DNA of 64,000 bases. It comes from Takakia lepidozioides. Taxonomy: Eukaryota; Plantae; Bryophyta. Location of the stretch: contig CM060733.1 in assembly GCA_030704615.1 (NCBI GenBank), forward strand, positions 45,508,001 through 45,572,000, given 5' to 3'. Below are positions 25,695-37,500 of the stretch, piece by piece; positions within the stretch are counted from its first letter, which is position 1, and every line of letters begins with the position of its first letter. The notes beneath the pieces are model-generated. The model made no database searches, was not told the DNA's origin, and saw only the letters and a program-made list of their open reading frames with translations. A program made the translations under genes and the position numbers.

Positions 25695-25749
25695 CTCTGC
25701 TCATGGCTCATGCCGCTCATGGCTCATGGCTCATGAAATAGCAGCCCCC
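25695..25749 (-). repeat. Right TIR with subterminal CATGAGC repeats, nested B copy
   Basis: ctctgctcatggctcatgccgctcatggctcatggctcatgaaatagcagccccc. Confidence 0.9.
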
Positions 25750-26049
25750 ACCGCATTTCCTTGTCCGACATGGAAATGCGGTGCCGCATTTCAATGTCCG
25801 ACATGGCGTTACTCTGGTATATTCTTGACACATGACTCTCATACCGGTTACTCTGGTATATTCATCCGGACAGACAAATTGTAGAAATGAGACATCAAAT
25901 TGTAAACAATGGGCCAATTCCGACAGTTATTCAACAGAATGAAACACAATCATACAGAAGTGAGGTACGATGGGTTTATTGATCGGACACGATGTCTCAC
26001 ATTTACCAACTGCAGACAAAACTAAGCCCTTCCTCCTTCTACATGGGCT

Positions 26050-26750
26050 TCACCAAGTCGACGGAACTTCGATACCCCTCAAAACAAGCTCATCACTGTT
26101 GCGGCACCTCGAGGTAAACTGCAATTCGGTCGTCCTGCTGCCCTTACTGGAGCCGACGACAATGTCATGTCCATCAATGATACCACCATCATACATTGAC
26201 AAGGTCACTGTGGGCCTCATGTGCCCGTGCGATTCGTCTTCGCAACTCAGCCGAATGTCTCCATACACTGGAAGAGCGGAGTGATCTGCACGTATATAGT
26301 TTTCCCCGGTGCCGTCCTCCCTGGTCCACTGGCAGCAGTTCCAGCGCCAAAGCGAGGCCGTGCGTGATCTGTCCGGCATCCCTTTCCAGCTTGGTATATC
26401 GAGGTCAACAATTTTCAGGACCCACGGACCGCATTGACCCTCGCCCTCACCTCGCTCAAAGCGGTAATAGCCCTCCAGATACTCCATTGCGCGCAAAGAC
26501 TCTTGCTTGATTCCAGCAGCGTCTGTGAAAACAGAGAGCCAGACAATGATGTCTCCTGATTCTGGTTTGAACATAGCATAATCGTGGCCATGATAAGGGC
26601 AGTCGGCTGGATTTCGGCGGCACGGCATCTTGAAAAAGAGTAGCGGAGTACGCTCAATGACAGCAGCTCCCGGATGGAGGAGGAGCAGCGCGGTGGCTGG
26701 AAAAAGTTCAAGCTAACGCTGCAATTCCTCACAAACACTCCAGGGCACAT
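26050..26750 (-). CDS. Unknown transposon cargo protein (ORF4), paralog of ORF3
   Basis: 192-aa open frame 26050-26628 (MPCRRNPADCPYHGHDYAMF...RWNCCQW...VYGDIRL...ELVLRGIEVP) aligns collinearly with ORF3. The 5' part is probably shifted into frame 26415-26750. Confidence 0.55.
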
Positions 26751-26976
26751 TTAAATTTCCCCCCTACAGGATCCTGGACCGATGAAGATTGGCTGCTGCA
26801 TGAATGTAGCCGTTTCAGTTTCCTACCCTGCCATGCAAACTATGGGCAGTCACTGCCAGGTGGGCCGATAGCCACTGGACACGACGAAGTCCATCCCCTC
26901 TTCGATGTAAATGCGGCGCCGAATTTCCATCCGGGGGGATGGACTTCGGTGGCAGATCTCAAACTATAACTTGTTG

Positions 26977-27740
26977 ATGAGAAAGATGTATGGGTTCATC
27001 CACCGCTGGCGTGATGAACACGTTCCACCTCCGTCGGTGGGTACGTGGGACCCAGATGCTCCATTATTGGAGGCCGGACTGCTCTTCGCTTCGCATCATT
27101 TCCAAAATCTAAGGGCTTCGTAGCTGTCCGCAAGGTCATCGGCATCCAAGTCGTCCTCAGGTCCTCCTTTGCAAGGATGCGTGCTTCCGGAAACCGGGAC
27201 GACTGCCCCTTTGGAGGCATCGATTATGCAATGTATTCGGCCACATCGGGAGACATTGTTATCTGGTACACAGATTACAGAGAAGATACTGGTTCGATTG
27301 TGGAAACATTGGTGGCTTTTGAGTATATCCTAGGCCACTACGCCTTCGAGCGGGGTGACGATCTTGGTCTGAGGAGTCCGTGGCTCCTGCGCATCCTCGA
27401 TTCCGATTTTCCCAGCTACGACGGTCACCCATGCAGAAGAAGGCGCACTGCTATGCTGTTGCGGTGGAACTGCTGCCACTAGACGTGGGTGGACTCCATC
27501 GGAGAGACCTATTCTCCTGAAGGAGTGCGCTCCTCTTCTCCATTGTATGGGGACATTCGCATTGGTGTGGACGACGAAAACGTGAAGATTTCCATATTCG
27601 ATGGTGGTATGATTGAAGGGCAGGACATTGTGGTGAACATCACTAGGGGCGGTACAACGGCTGCAATCGACTTTACCTGGAGGAGCCCCATGACTCATGA
27701 GCTAGTTCTGAGAGCAGTCGAAGTCCCATTGACAACGTGA
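26977..27740 (+). pseudogene. Unknown transposon cargo protein (ORF3), host copy
   Basis: Near-identical to 24525-25286; TGG>TAG stop at ~27480. Confidence 0.55.
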
Positions 27741-28148
27741 CTTGTATTCAGTAGGCACAGGGCTAAAGATTTGATTGCACAATCAGCACAGTAGACGTGC
27801 TTCAAATGCATTCATGTGGATCAATAAAAACCTCATTGTGCCCTCTTTTTATTCTATTCTGTGTCCATCGTTCCGAGAATGCGTCATTGCTCATTTCGTT
27901 TGGGATTGGGAGTGTGGGTGGATTTTGCAAGTGGCTGGTAGGCTGAAATGGGCCCCCATTGTACAGAGCAGTACCACCCTACCCATTCGCGAAACATTGC
28001 CTTTCAATATATAATTCTAAATAACATTGCCAAACCTCCTTCATCGGGAGGTCCTTCTCCCCCTATGACCGTGGCACCCTAAACCCTATTCCCGCGGACA
28101 CTCATTTCCGGAAAATAGTGTTGCTCATGTTTTTTTCCACACTTACGA

Positions 28149-28203
28149 CTCTGCTCATGGCTCATGCCGCTCATGGCTCATGGCTCATGAAATAGCAGCC
28201 CCC
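28149..28203 (-). repeat. Right TIR, host B copy
   Basis: Identical to 25695-25749; followed by atatttttt. Confidence 0.9.
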
Positions 28204-29910
28204 ATATTTTTTATAAGGGACAGCAAGCCTGGAAATACTTACACTGTTCCAAAGTCATTGGCACACCTCTTACCTATACGGACAAGGAATTCAGGGAGTT
28301 CACTCATTTTGCTTGCATGCGCTTACAGCAAGTTGTGAAGTTTAAGCTTCTAGACATGGTCGGCCAACACTGTATGCCACGCAGAATTCCTGAGACGCCC
28401 AAGAAGATCAGACCACCAAAAAATCGCAGGACTGATGAGGGGTGACGGTTAGTTAGTTAGGTGGTTAGAACAACTTACGGGGGAGATTAGGCAGGAGGAC
28501 AACAAGAAGGGGACTTTTGCTGCAGAAAACTTCTGGAGAGGAGAGGAAGCGGAGAGCAGGAACGGGATCGAGGATGGAGATATGATCAGTAGATGCTTGA
28601 TACAGGGTAAGTTGTAGGGATATACTATAGAGCAGGATAGGGACACCACGGCTTCAGTCTGATACATGATAGATCTTAATCTGATACTTATTCGATACAA
28701 TCACAATGTGTAGAGAGAGACTTGAGTGAAGCTGTGGAATGAATGGATGCGTGAATGGAACCTGATAGATATTGAAGCGATCTTATGCTTAAGTATATAC
28801 AATAAGGTAAATTGCGAACATGAAGGCAAGAAGAACTACGAACAAGAAGCACAACCATGATACACTAGTTGTAGGTCATGACTGATTGTTCTGAGCGGGC
28901 TGAGTGCTTAGAGATATCCAACTCTTCTATCTTGGAGTTTCCACCTCGGATAGCGAAGGGATGGGTGAGTAAAAGCCGCTCGACACTTACCCAGGAGAAT
29001 GCGATGGGATGGTGGAATATTAACAGTATCGTGCTATCAGGGTAGCTAAAAACAAAGCTTGGTTGTTGGATTGGTGCTCCAAGGGCACTGCACTGTAAGT
29101 TTCAGCTGTCTCCCTGCTCAAATACTGTTCATGCGATGATTCCTTCCCTCCTTCATTGCATTGTTCCCTCCTGCTCTGCACTTGCAATGCAATTGCAGCA
29201 CCTGAGCCGAGAGATGACATCCCCTGCGTTGCTTCCACGCCAGACTTACGTCTATTTCATGAAAGGTCCCAAGAGCCCCTCGAAACTGCCATGTCAGCAG
29301 GATGTAGTGGTTATGGACACTAGTGTAGTGGTTAATATGTACCCTAATGTTTTTTTTTAAAAAAAAAACGATGTGTCCACATCCTATCTCCGCCATTGGA
29401 TGGACGTGGACCGTCGGATGCAACTTGGCACTTGGACATCCTCGTGTCTCTCACGCGAGCGTACTAAGTGTGTGTGCTTTGGTTTTTGAGCTTCCTAGGC
29501 TTGTGAGGGCGTTTTGTTGTGAGTGACCCGGGCGATTGTGGGAGAGTAGAGAGAAAGAAAGACCCCCACGTACTACTCGCTATGTGTGGAATGGCCCAGT
29601 GCGAAGGAGTACTCGTTTGAGGGAGAGGAGTCCAGTTCACATGGGGGTGGCAGAGAAGGAGTCCGGCGACTTGGAGACCAACCCGGCGGAGGATAGTGGA
29701 GCGACTCCTAGTGCTGACTACTCAGCAAAGAGCGAGAGCACGGACGAGGAGGAAGACCAGAGTGCTGAGAAGATCGTCGTTCGCATGACTCCTTCCAAGC
29801 GGCCCTTAAGGACATCCACCCCAACCAAGGAGGGTAACAAGCCCGCGGTGGGATCCCTAAGACCCATTCTGTCTCTGTCTCTATCTCTCTCCCTCTCTCA
29901 CCCTTAGTTC

Positions 29911-31240
29911 ACATAGCTATGTCATTGTTAACGGACAGAAGTCCAACTTCTTTGACATAGACCAAGGTGTAGTTCAAGGATGTACTCTCTCCCCTCTGCT
30001 CTTCAATGTTTTCATCAATCAACTCCTCGAGGATGTGGAAAGTGAGGGATTTGGGTTAAGGGTGTCAAGCTGTGATTGGCTGTGCAAAGCTGTGCCGGCT
30101 GTGACAAGCTGTGCCAGGCTGTGTGAAGCTGTGTCGGGCTGTGTCGGACTGTGCAAAGCTGCGTCGGGCTGTGTGCCACCCTCTAAGCCAGTGTTGGTCT
30201 AAGTCTACTATCGTAAGTCTTTGCAAAAATTAAGGGTACCCCACTGAACCCGTAAATGTGTCTAAGTCCCAGACAGCCCTCTAACATTACCCCTCCCCCT
30301 CTCAAAAAGCCGTGTCCTCACGGTTTACTGTTTAGGATCAGCAAACCTTTGTGAACGAACACCCTTCTGTCGGTGAGAATCCTTTGGAGGGCTTTGCGTG
30401 CGAGCCCGAGCCCTTTCATTGGTTGGTGGAGACGAGTGTCGACTTGCTGAACCTGCCAACCCTGCATTAGCTTGAGAGAGAGGTAAACGTTGTGGTATAG
30501 GAGATCCCCGCCGTCCGCGAAGAGATACTTTGATCTTTGGGGGCTAGAGGCTAATGTCAGCAAACCTAGCAGTGGTAGCATTCAACAACAGAGGAGAGGG
30601 AGGAAGTGATCTTAAGTGGTAGTGGGGTAGCCAAGAGATCCCGGTCCTCCCTTCCTACACTTACCTGGGCGATCAGTTTTCCTCCAATTGTAATTGGGAT
30701 GCACATATCCGGAAAGTTGTTCAAACTGGCAAGGGCAAAGCTCTGGGGCTCACTAAACCACTGCTGAGGGGTCAACTCTGAGGTTAAGAAAACGATGGTT
30801 TGTCGCGTTATTAGACCTGAATTGGAGTACGGATCTGCTATATGGGTTGATAACTCCAACCAGGCTAAGTCTGTAGAATCCATTCAAGTGGGGGTGCTTA
30901 AGGAGTGTATGTCAGCATGCTCCAAAATAGTCAATGTGGCTGTTCGGGGTGAGTTGGCATTCCGTCCTTAAGCTCCCGACAATCTCGAGGCTGAGCCAAA
31001 AGCCCAGGCCCTCCTGAGGCCTAGTTTTTGGGCAAATCACACACAGTAGATTGATGCTTGTGTGAAGGGATTTCTAGAGGATAGCTGGAAAACCCGGATT
31101 AATTCTTTATATGAAGGAAAGTCTTACTACCAATGTCAGCCCCTGACAGACGTAGGTTCTATTCCTTTTATGAACTAAGAAACTGGGCGCGGGGTCAATG
31201 GCCACAAGGCTACGGCAAACAACGTCTTATGAGTACAATG
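29911..31240 (+). mobile_element. 5'-truncated, internally deleted copy of the LINE at 43212-46740
   Basis: Matches ~45215-45370, ~45460-45925 and ~46490-46740. 13-bp TSD tcacccttagttc at 29898-29910 and 31241-31253. Confidence 0.85.
30066..30517 (-). mobile_element. LTR retrotransposon fragment (3' internal region, PPT and partial LTR) inside the LINE fragment
   Basis: Minus strand reads gaggacacggctttttgagagggggaggggtaa|TGTTAG, i.e. a polypurine tract followed by TG at 30286. GCTGTG-type short repeats at 30066-30180. Confidence 0.5.
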
Positions 31241-31642
31241 TCACCCTTAGTTCCTCTCAGATTGTGGAAGCAATTGAGCATTTCCATGATGTGTAGGGTT
31301 TAGGGTAGGGTTTTGTGTAAAGCAGAGGTAGAGGCAAAACCGAGCAAGGTTTAGGGTAAATCTAAGTGAGTAAGAGGCTGGGGTGTATGGCGGAGGAATG
31401 ATCTTTGGAGTCATGAACTGATGGAGAAGGGAGTGTGTGGGGCTGGACTAAGAGTGAGGGAGAGGCTGGAGAATGGGTCATGAAATATATATGCTTACAG
31501 TGACTGGGATGGTGATTGGTTTATATAACCAAACCTATTACTACTATGATTGGCTTGTGAACTTAAGGCATGAGTGGTTGATTGTTTCATTTTGAACCTG
31601 ATATGCTTTGAGCCTGGTTCACTGAGGTAAAGCAACCACTTA

Positions 31643-31704
31643 TGACGTGTCACAGTGGTAAACTGACGTGTCACAGTGGTAAACTGACGTGTCATAGTGG
31701 TAAA
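31643..31704. repeat. 21-bp tandem repeat x3 (tgacgtgtcacagtggtaaac)
   Basis: Seen directly. Confidence 0.85.
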
Positions 31705-32480
31705 GTAACCACTTCCATTTTGTAGTGGAGACATGTAAGCCGGTGGTCCGTGGATGATATTGGAGATTATGTCGACACGTGGCGACACTTTCAACATGGA
31801 CACGTGTCGTGAGTCAGTGCTACGAAATGGATGGAGTGAAAAATTCAATGACTTCCAAAACCACTTGTTGAGTGATCAAAAAATGACTCATACAGTCATT
31901 CTATGAAAACTGAGAATATACAATATCACTCACAGAGTGGTTATTCGAGTGGATGATGTCTCTTAGCAGGTCATTGGAATGATTACCCACAGAGTGGTGT
32001 GTAAGCTATTTGAGTCATTCATGGTGTCTCTCTGAGTGGGAACTATGGATTGGAATGATTACTAACAGAGTGGTGTGTAAGTGATTAGGAATACCACTGG
32101 AATACCTCTAGTACAGTAATATATATGTGACTACTTATACCACTATACGAATGGTAATGTAGGCAATTGTGTGCATTTGGCTACTCCCACAGTTTTAAAT
32201 TATACCACTATTACAATGATGTGCAAGTGATTATGAACATGACTAGAGGAACACATACCACTAGTGTAGTGTTTAAAGAAGTACCAATGGGGATTCAAGC
32301 TCCACAAAATAGAATAGAATCCCAGAGAGTTAAGTTGTGGACAATGTCAACAAAATCCAACCATGATAAAATGAAGAGCCTAATTTCTACACGGCGTCTC
32401 TGCATGCATGCTAGGAACACTGAACTGCTTTCCTGCCTTCTTCTCACTGCCAGCAATGTCTATGCCCGAGCGGACGAAAT

Positions 32481-34440
32481 CTAAGCCCTCTTCATGTTCT
32501 TCTCTGGCCAAAGACAATTCAGACCGACGACATCCTCCAACATTGTTTGCGGTGGGACCTCTTCCTCGTTAGGGTGAGACAAGACACAATTGGCAATATA
32601 GATATCATTTACCTCAACCCGCCACTCAGGTATAACACGACAGGGATATGTATCTTTGCCAGGCACACCAGTGACAATTCCACTTGCAGCCCTGTGTCGT
32701 GGTAAATGAGGATCATACAAGCTGATTTTGTCCTTCAACTTAAACTGCACACATCAACCACCATAAAACCCACATTAATCAACCCATGAGGACATACATG
32801 TACCACAAAAACTAGATAATGAGGACCGCCCAGTATAAGCAATCACTAAAAGTGTAGAGTACTTTTGGTAGCATAAGAATATCTGCCACTGTGGCAGGGG
32901 GTTGATAATTGAGGGTTGCCTTTGAAGGCGCCGTAGTTGGTGCACTGTTGGTGGCAGTATCAAGAGCGGCTTTCTCAGCCTGCAAACATCACGCCCAACA
33001 CCCCTTAGCAGTTACATTTAGCAATGCATCTACTAATAGTTTGAAGTACCCAACATGTAAATGGCCACATTGTACAGAACTGATAGCCAACAGGTGCATG
33101 CATGCTCACCTCTAGTACGGAAACTGCTGTATGGAGAGGTGCCTCCTAAAGGCCCACCTGACTCTTACTCCCGCTAGAACTTGGTGTTATGTCACCATTT
33201 GCATCAGTCAAGGACTTTGTGCCTTTGGTAGCAGTGGCTCTGGTTACATGCTCTCCTTTTCGCATGTACTTCTTCTCAGCTCCCTTCACGATGGCTGGGG
33301 CAGGGTTCTCTGCTTTTTTCCCTTTCTATATGCAAACAAAACAACAAGGTATAGTACATGAGTTAGTCTTACCATACCTGATGCATAGAATTCATGGCAC
33401 ACACCAATAAATAGATCATTCATGAAAAATTTTCAGAGTAAAAAACAGAAAGCCCAAGGACAGGAACCAAGATACGGTTTTTGAGGGCGTACCTCTTTCT
33501 GTGGGGAAGTTGGCTTCGCATGCTGATACCCTTACCAGCACTTTCGGTGGAGCAAACGTCCTCACCAGCAGCCAATATTGTTGTCCCGCCAGCTCCACCT
33601 CCCTTCTTACGTGGCAATTTATCAGGAATTCCCTTGCGCCCCAATTTTACTTGGGTCACCACAAGGTCCTCAATGGCAGATGACTTTGGCTTTTCCCCAA
33701 CCTCAAGAGGTTCTCCCTGTACCCAAGCAAAACATACCAGAGCAGTAAACTTCAAAGTCAACTAACACTGAATGGATGACAACCACAAAAATAAGTTGGG
33801 GTGAAGGTGCACAAACCACCTTCTCCGTAGCAGTCTTGCCTCCCAAGCTTGCATCGGAATGGCAAGGTTCAATACTAGTACATATTGGGATAGTAGTTGG
33901 AGGAGGGGCGGTTGCTGACATTCCCAACATCATTACCATCAATGCATCTAGTTTTTTGCTATTGTCCGCAGAAGCCTTAGCAACCTTTGCTTTTATAGTG
34001 GCCAATTCGCCCTCAATCGTCGGGATTTGAATGTCTGTCAAGACAAGCACACTGCCCTCAAGGGACGACAGTCGAGACTGCATCGCATTGCCCCCTCCCT
34101 ATATAGCCGAAGAAAGAGACATAATCAGCCCGCATGGCCTGACTACTGCTCCAGCAAAATGAATGCAACAAAAAAAAAATACCCACACGCCATTTACTTG
34201 TGCACCTCCAATTGACTGGGAGCCAAAACCCTTGTCCGCCTTCGATGTGTGTGCTAGCTTACTAGCAAAATGCTAGGATCAAGATATCTGATGCAGAGTA
34301 CCCGCAAGGAGCTCTGCCAGTAATCCTTCCCCTCACAATGAATCGAAGATCTAGTACTCAGCTGACATGCAGCTGATGGTTTTATATTGGTCAATGCAGC
34401 CAGCCTTTTTTGTCTTTTTTTGTTTGCAGCCTGCGACGCC
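32481..34440 (-). pseudogene. Degenerate CACTA/En-Spm accessory (TnpA-like) gene fragments
   Basis: ORF 32481-32750 (AASGIV...RVEVNDI...LSHP...LEDVVGLNCLWP) resembles the C-terminal domain of En-Spm accessory proteins. Upstream coiled-coil and low-complexity exon-like pieces. Recognition by eye only. Confidence 0.4.
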
Positions 34441-34574
34441 ACATCCCCTTGATGTGTGGAATCTTGATCATCACCACCAAAGGGGTGAATGGAGGAGCAG
34501 CACCATTAAAAGGGGGGCTTGCCCACTGTCCACCAGCAGCGTTGCATGGAGGGCCCCAAGTTTGGGCACCTCCT

Positions 34575-37500
34575 TGTACCCAAGTTCCTTGAGATTGAGG
34601 ACTTTTAACTTTGTAAGATTACCAATGGAGTCTGGCAGGCCTTTGAGGGCTATACAATTCATGAGACACGGTTTTTGGAGATGAATCAATGTTCCAATGG
34701 ATTCAGGCAAGCTCTAATCTCTGCAAGCTGGTACAAGACTCTAGGCCCAATGTTTTGAGCTCCTTCAATAGCCCCAAGTAGTCAGGCAAGGCTTGTATGT
34801 TAGTACAACCCTCAAGGTTGAGGACTTTTAATTTTGCAAGATTACCAATGGAGTCTGGCAGGCCTTTGAGTGCTGTACAATTCTTGAGCCACAATTTTTG
34901 GAGATGAATCAATGCTCTGATGGAATTAGGCAAGCTCTCCAAGCTCGTACAAGAAGAGAGGTCCAACACTTCGAGCTCTTTCAACAACCCCAAACAATCA
35001 GGCACGACTTGTATGTTGGAACAACCCTGAACTCTGAGGATTTTTAACAATGCAAGATTACAAATGGAGTCTGGCAGGCCTTTGAGTGTTGTACAATTCA
35101 TGAGCCGCAGTCGTTGGAGATGAATCAATGTTCCGATGGATTCAGGCAAGCTCTCCAAGCAAGTGCAAGAAGAGAGATCCAACACTTCGAGCTCTTTCAA
35201 CAGCCCCAAACAATCAAGTACGCCTTGTATGTTGCAGGAACAACCCTCAAAGACGAGGACTTTTAACTTTGCAAGATTACCAATGGAGTCTGGCAAGCCT
35301 TAGAGTACTGTACAATTCTTGGGCGACAATTTTTGGAGATGAATCAATGCTCCAATGGAATCAGGCAACCTCTCCAAGCTCGTACAAGAAGAGAGGCCCA
35401 ACTGTTCGAGCTCTTTCAATAGCCCCAAACAATGAGGCACAACTTGTATGTTGGAACAACCCTCAAGGACGAGGACTTTTAACTTTGCAAGATTACCAAT
35501 GGAGTCCGGCAGGCCTTTGAGTGCTGTACAATTATTGAGACACAAATTTTGGAGATGAATCAATGCTCCGATGGAATCAGACAACCTCTCCAAGCTCGTA
35601 CAAGAAGAGAGGTCCAACTCTTCGAGCTCTTTCAACAGCCCCACAACGAGGCACGACTTTTATGTTGGAACAACCCTCAAGGTTGAGGACTTTATCGATG
35701 GAGTCTGGCAGGCCTTTGAGTGCTGTACAATTATTGAGCCACAAGTATTGGAGATGAATCAATGCTCCAATGGAATCAAGCAAGCTCTCCAAGCTCGTAC
35801 AAGAAGAGAGGTCCAACACTTCGAGCTCTTTCACCAGCCCCAAACAATCAGGCACGACTTGTATGTTGGATTAACCCTGAACTCTGAGGATTTTTAACAA
35901 TGCAAGATTACCTATGGAGTCTGGCAAGCCTTTGAGTGTTGTACAATTGATGAGCCACAGTTGTTCGAGATGAATCAATGTTCCGATGGATTCAGGCAAG
36001 CTCTCTAAGCTGGTGCAAGAAGAGAGATCCAACACTTCGAGCTCTTTCAACAGCCCCAAACAATCAAGTACGCCTTGTATGTTGCAGGAACAACCCTCAA
36101 AGACGAGGACTTTTAACTTTGCAAGATTACCAATGGAGTCTGGCAAGCCTTAGAGTACTGTACAATTCTTGGGCGACAATTTTTGGAGATGAATCAATGC
36201 TCCAATGGAATCAGGCAACCTCTCCAAGCTCGTACAAGAAGAGAGGCCCAACTGTTCGAGCTCTTTCAATAGCCCCAAACAATGAGGCACAACTTGTATG
36301 TTGGAACAACCCTGAAGGATGAGGACTTTTAACTTTGCAAGATTACCAATGGAGTCCGGCAGGCTTTTGAGTGCTGTACAATTATTGAGACACAAATTTT
36401 GGAGATGAATCAATGCTCCGATGGAATCAGGCAGGCCTTTGAGTGCTGTACAATTCTTGAGCCACAAGTTTTGGAGATGAATCAATGCTCCGTTGGAATC
36501 AGGCAACCTCTCCAAGCTCGTTCAAGAAGAGAGGTCCAACTCTTCGAGCTCTTTCAACAGCCCCAAACAATCGGGCACGAGTTGTATGTTGGAACAACCC
36601 TGAAGGACGAGGACTTTTAACTTTGCAAGATTACGAATGGAGTCTGGCACGCCTTTCAGTGCTATACAATTCTTGAGCCACAATTGTTGGAGATGAATCA
36701 ATGCTCCGATGGAATCAAGCAAGCTCTCCAAGCTCGTACAAGAAGAGAGGTCCAACACTTCGAGCTCTTTCACCAGCCCCAAACAATCAGGCACGACTTG
36801 TATGTTGGATTAACCCTGAACTCTGAGGATTTTTAACAATGCAAGATTACCTATGGAGTCTGGCAAGCCTTTGAGTGTTGTACAATTGATGAGCCACAGT
36901 TGTTCGAGATGAATCAATGTTCCGATGGATTCAGGCAAGCTCTCTAAGCTGGTGCAAGAAGAGAGATCCAACACTTCGAGCTCTTTCAACAGCCCCAAAC
37001 AATCAAGTACGCCTTGTATGTTGCAGGAACAACCCTCAAAGACGAGGACTTTTAACTTTGCAAGATTACCAATGGAGTCTGGCAAGCCTTAGAGTACTGT
37101 ACAATTCTTGGGCGACAATTTTTGGAGATGAATCAGTGCTCCGTTGGAATCAGGCAACCTCTCCAAGCTCGTACAAGAAGAGAGGTCCCACTCTTCGAGC
37201 TCTTTCAACACCCCCAAACAATCAGGCTCGACTTGTATGTTGGAACAACCCTGAAGGATGAGGACTTTTAACTTTGCAAGATAACGAATGGAGTCTGGCA
37301 GGCGTTTGAGTGCTGTACAATTATTGAGCCACAATTTTTGGAGATGAATCAATGCTCCGATGGAATCCGGCAACCTTCGCAAACTCGTACAAGAAGAGAG
37401 GTCCAACTCTTCGAGCTCTTTCAACACCCCCAAACAATCAGGCACGACTTGTATGTTGGAACAACCCTTAAGGACGAGGACTTTTAACTTTGCAAGATTA

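Larger units (their letters stand above)
11034..25749 (+). mobile_element. Complete nested Mutator-like element family B (14.7 kb), TSD (c)accgcatt
   Basis: Left end GAGGTTTACTATTTCATGAGC; right end rc GGGGGCTGCTATTTCATGAGC. Flanks accgcatt at 11026-11033 and 25750-25757 (9 bp if the c at 11025/25749 is included). Confidence 0.92.
6506..28203 (+). mobile_element. Mutator-like element family B, host copy: right part (interrupted by a nested copy at 11034-25749)
   Basis: 6506-11033 and 25758-28203 are near-identical to the corresponding parts of the nested copy. Ends ...catgaaatagcagccccc at 28203, followed by atatttttt, which also flanks the left half at 60196-60204 (rc). Confidence 0.85.

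Noticed and set aside
249-28203. A single complete element from TIR 249 to TIR 28203
   Set aside because: Flanks do not match (tgttgaag vs atattttt). The left part is family A and the right part family B, and the 28203 flank instead matches the 60195 end.
29318-32271. CACTAGTGTAGTG at 29318 and ~32259 as CACTA ends, with cagagtggt repeats at 31930-32075
   Set aside because: Both motifs face the same way and I found no matching left end or 3-bp TSD, so no element boundaries can be supported.
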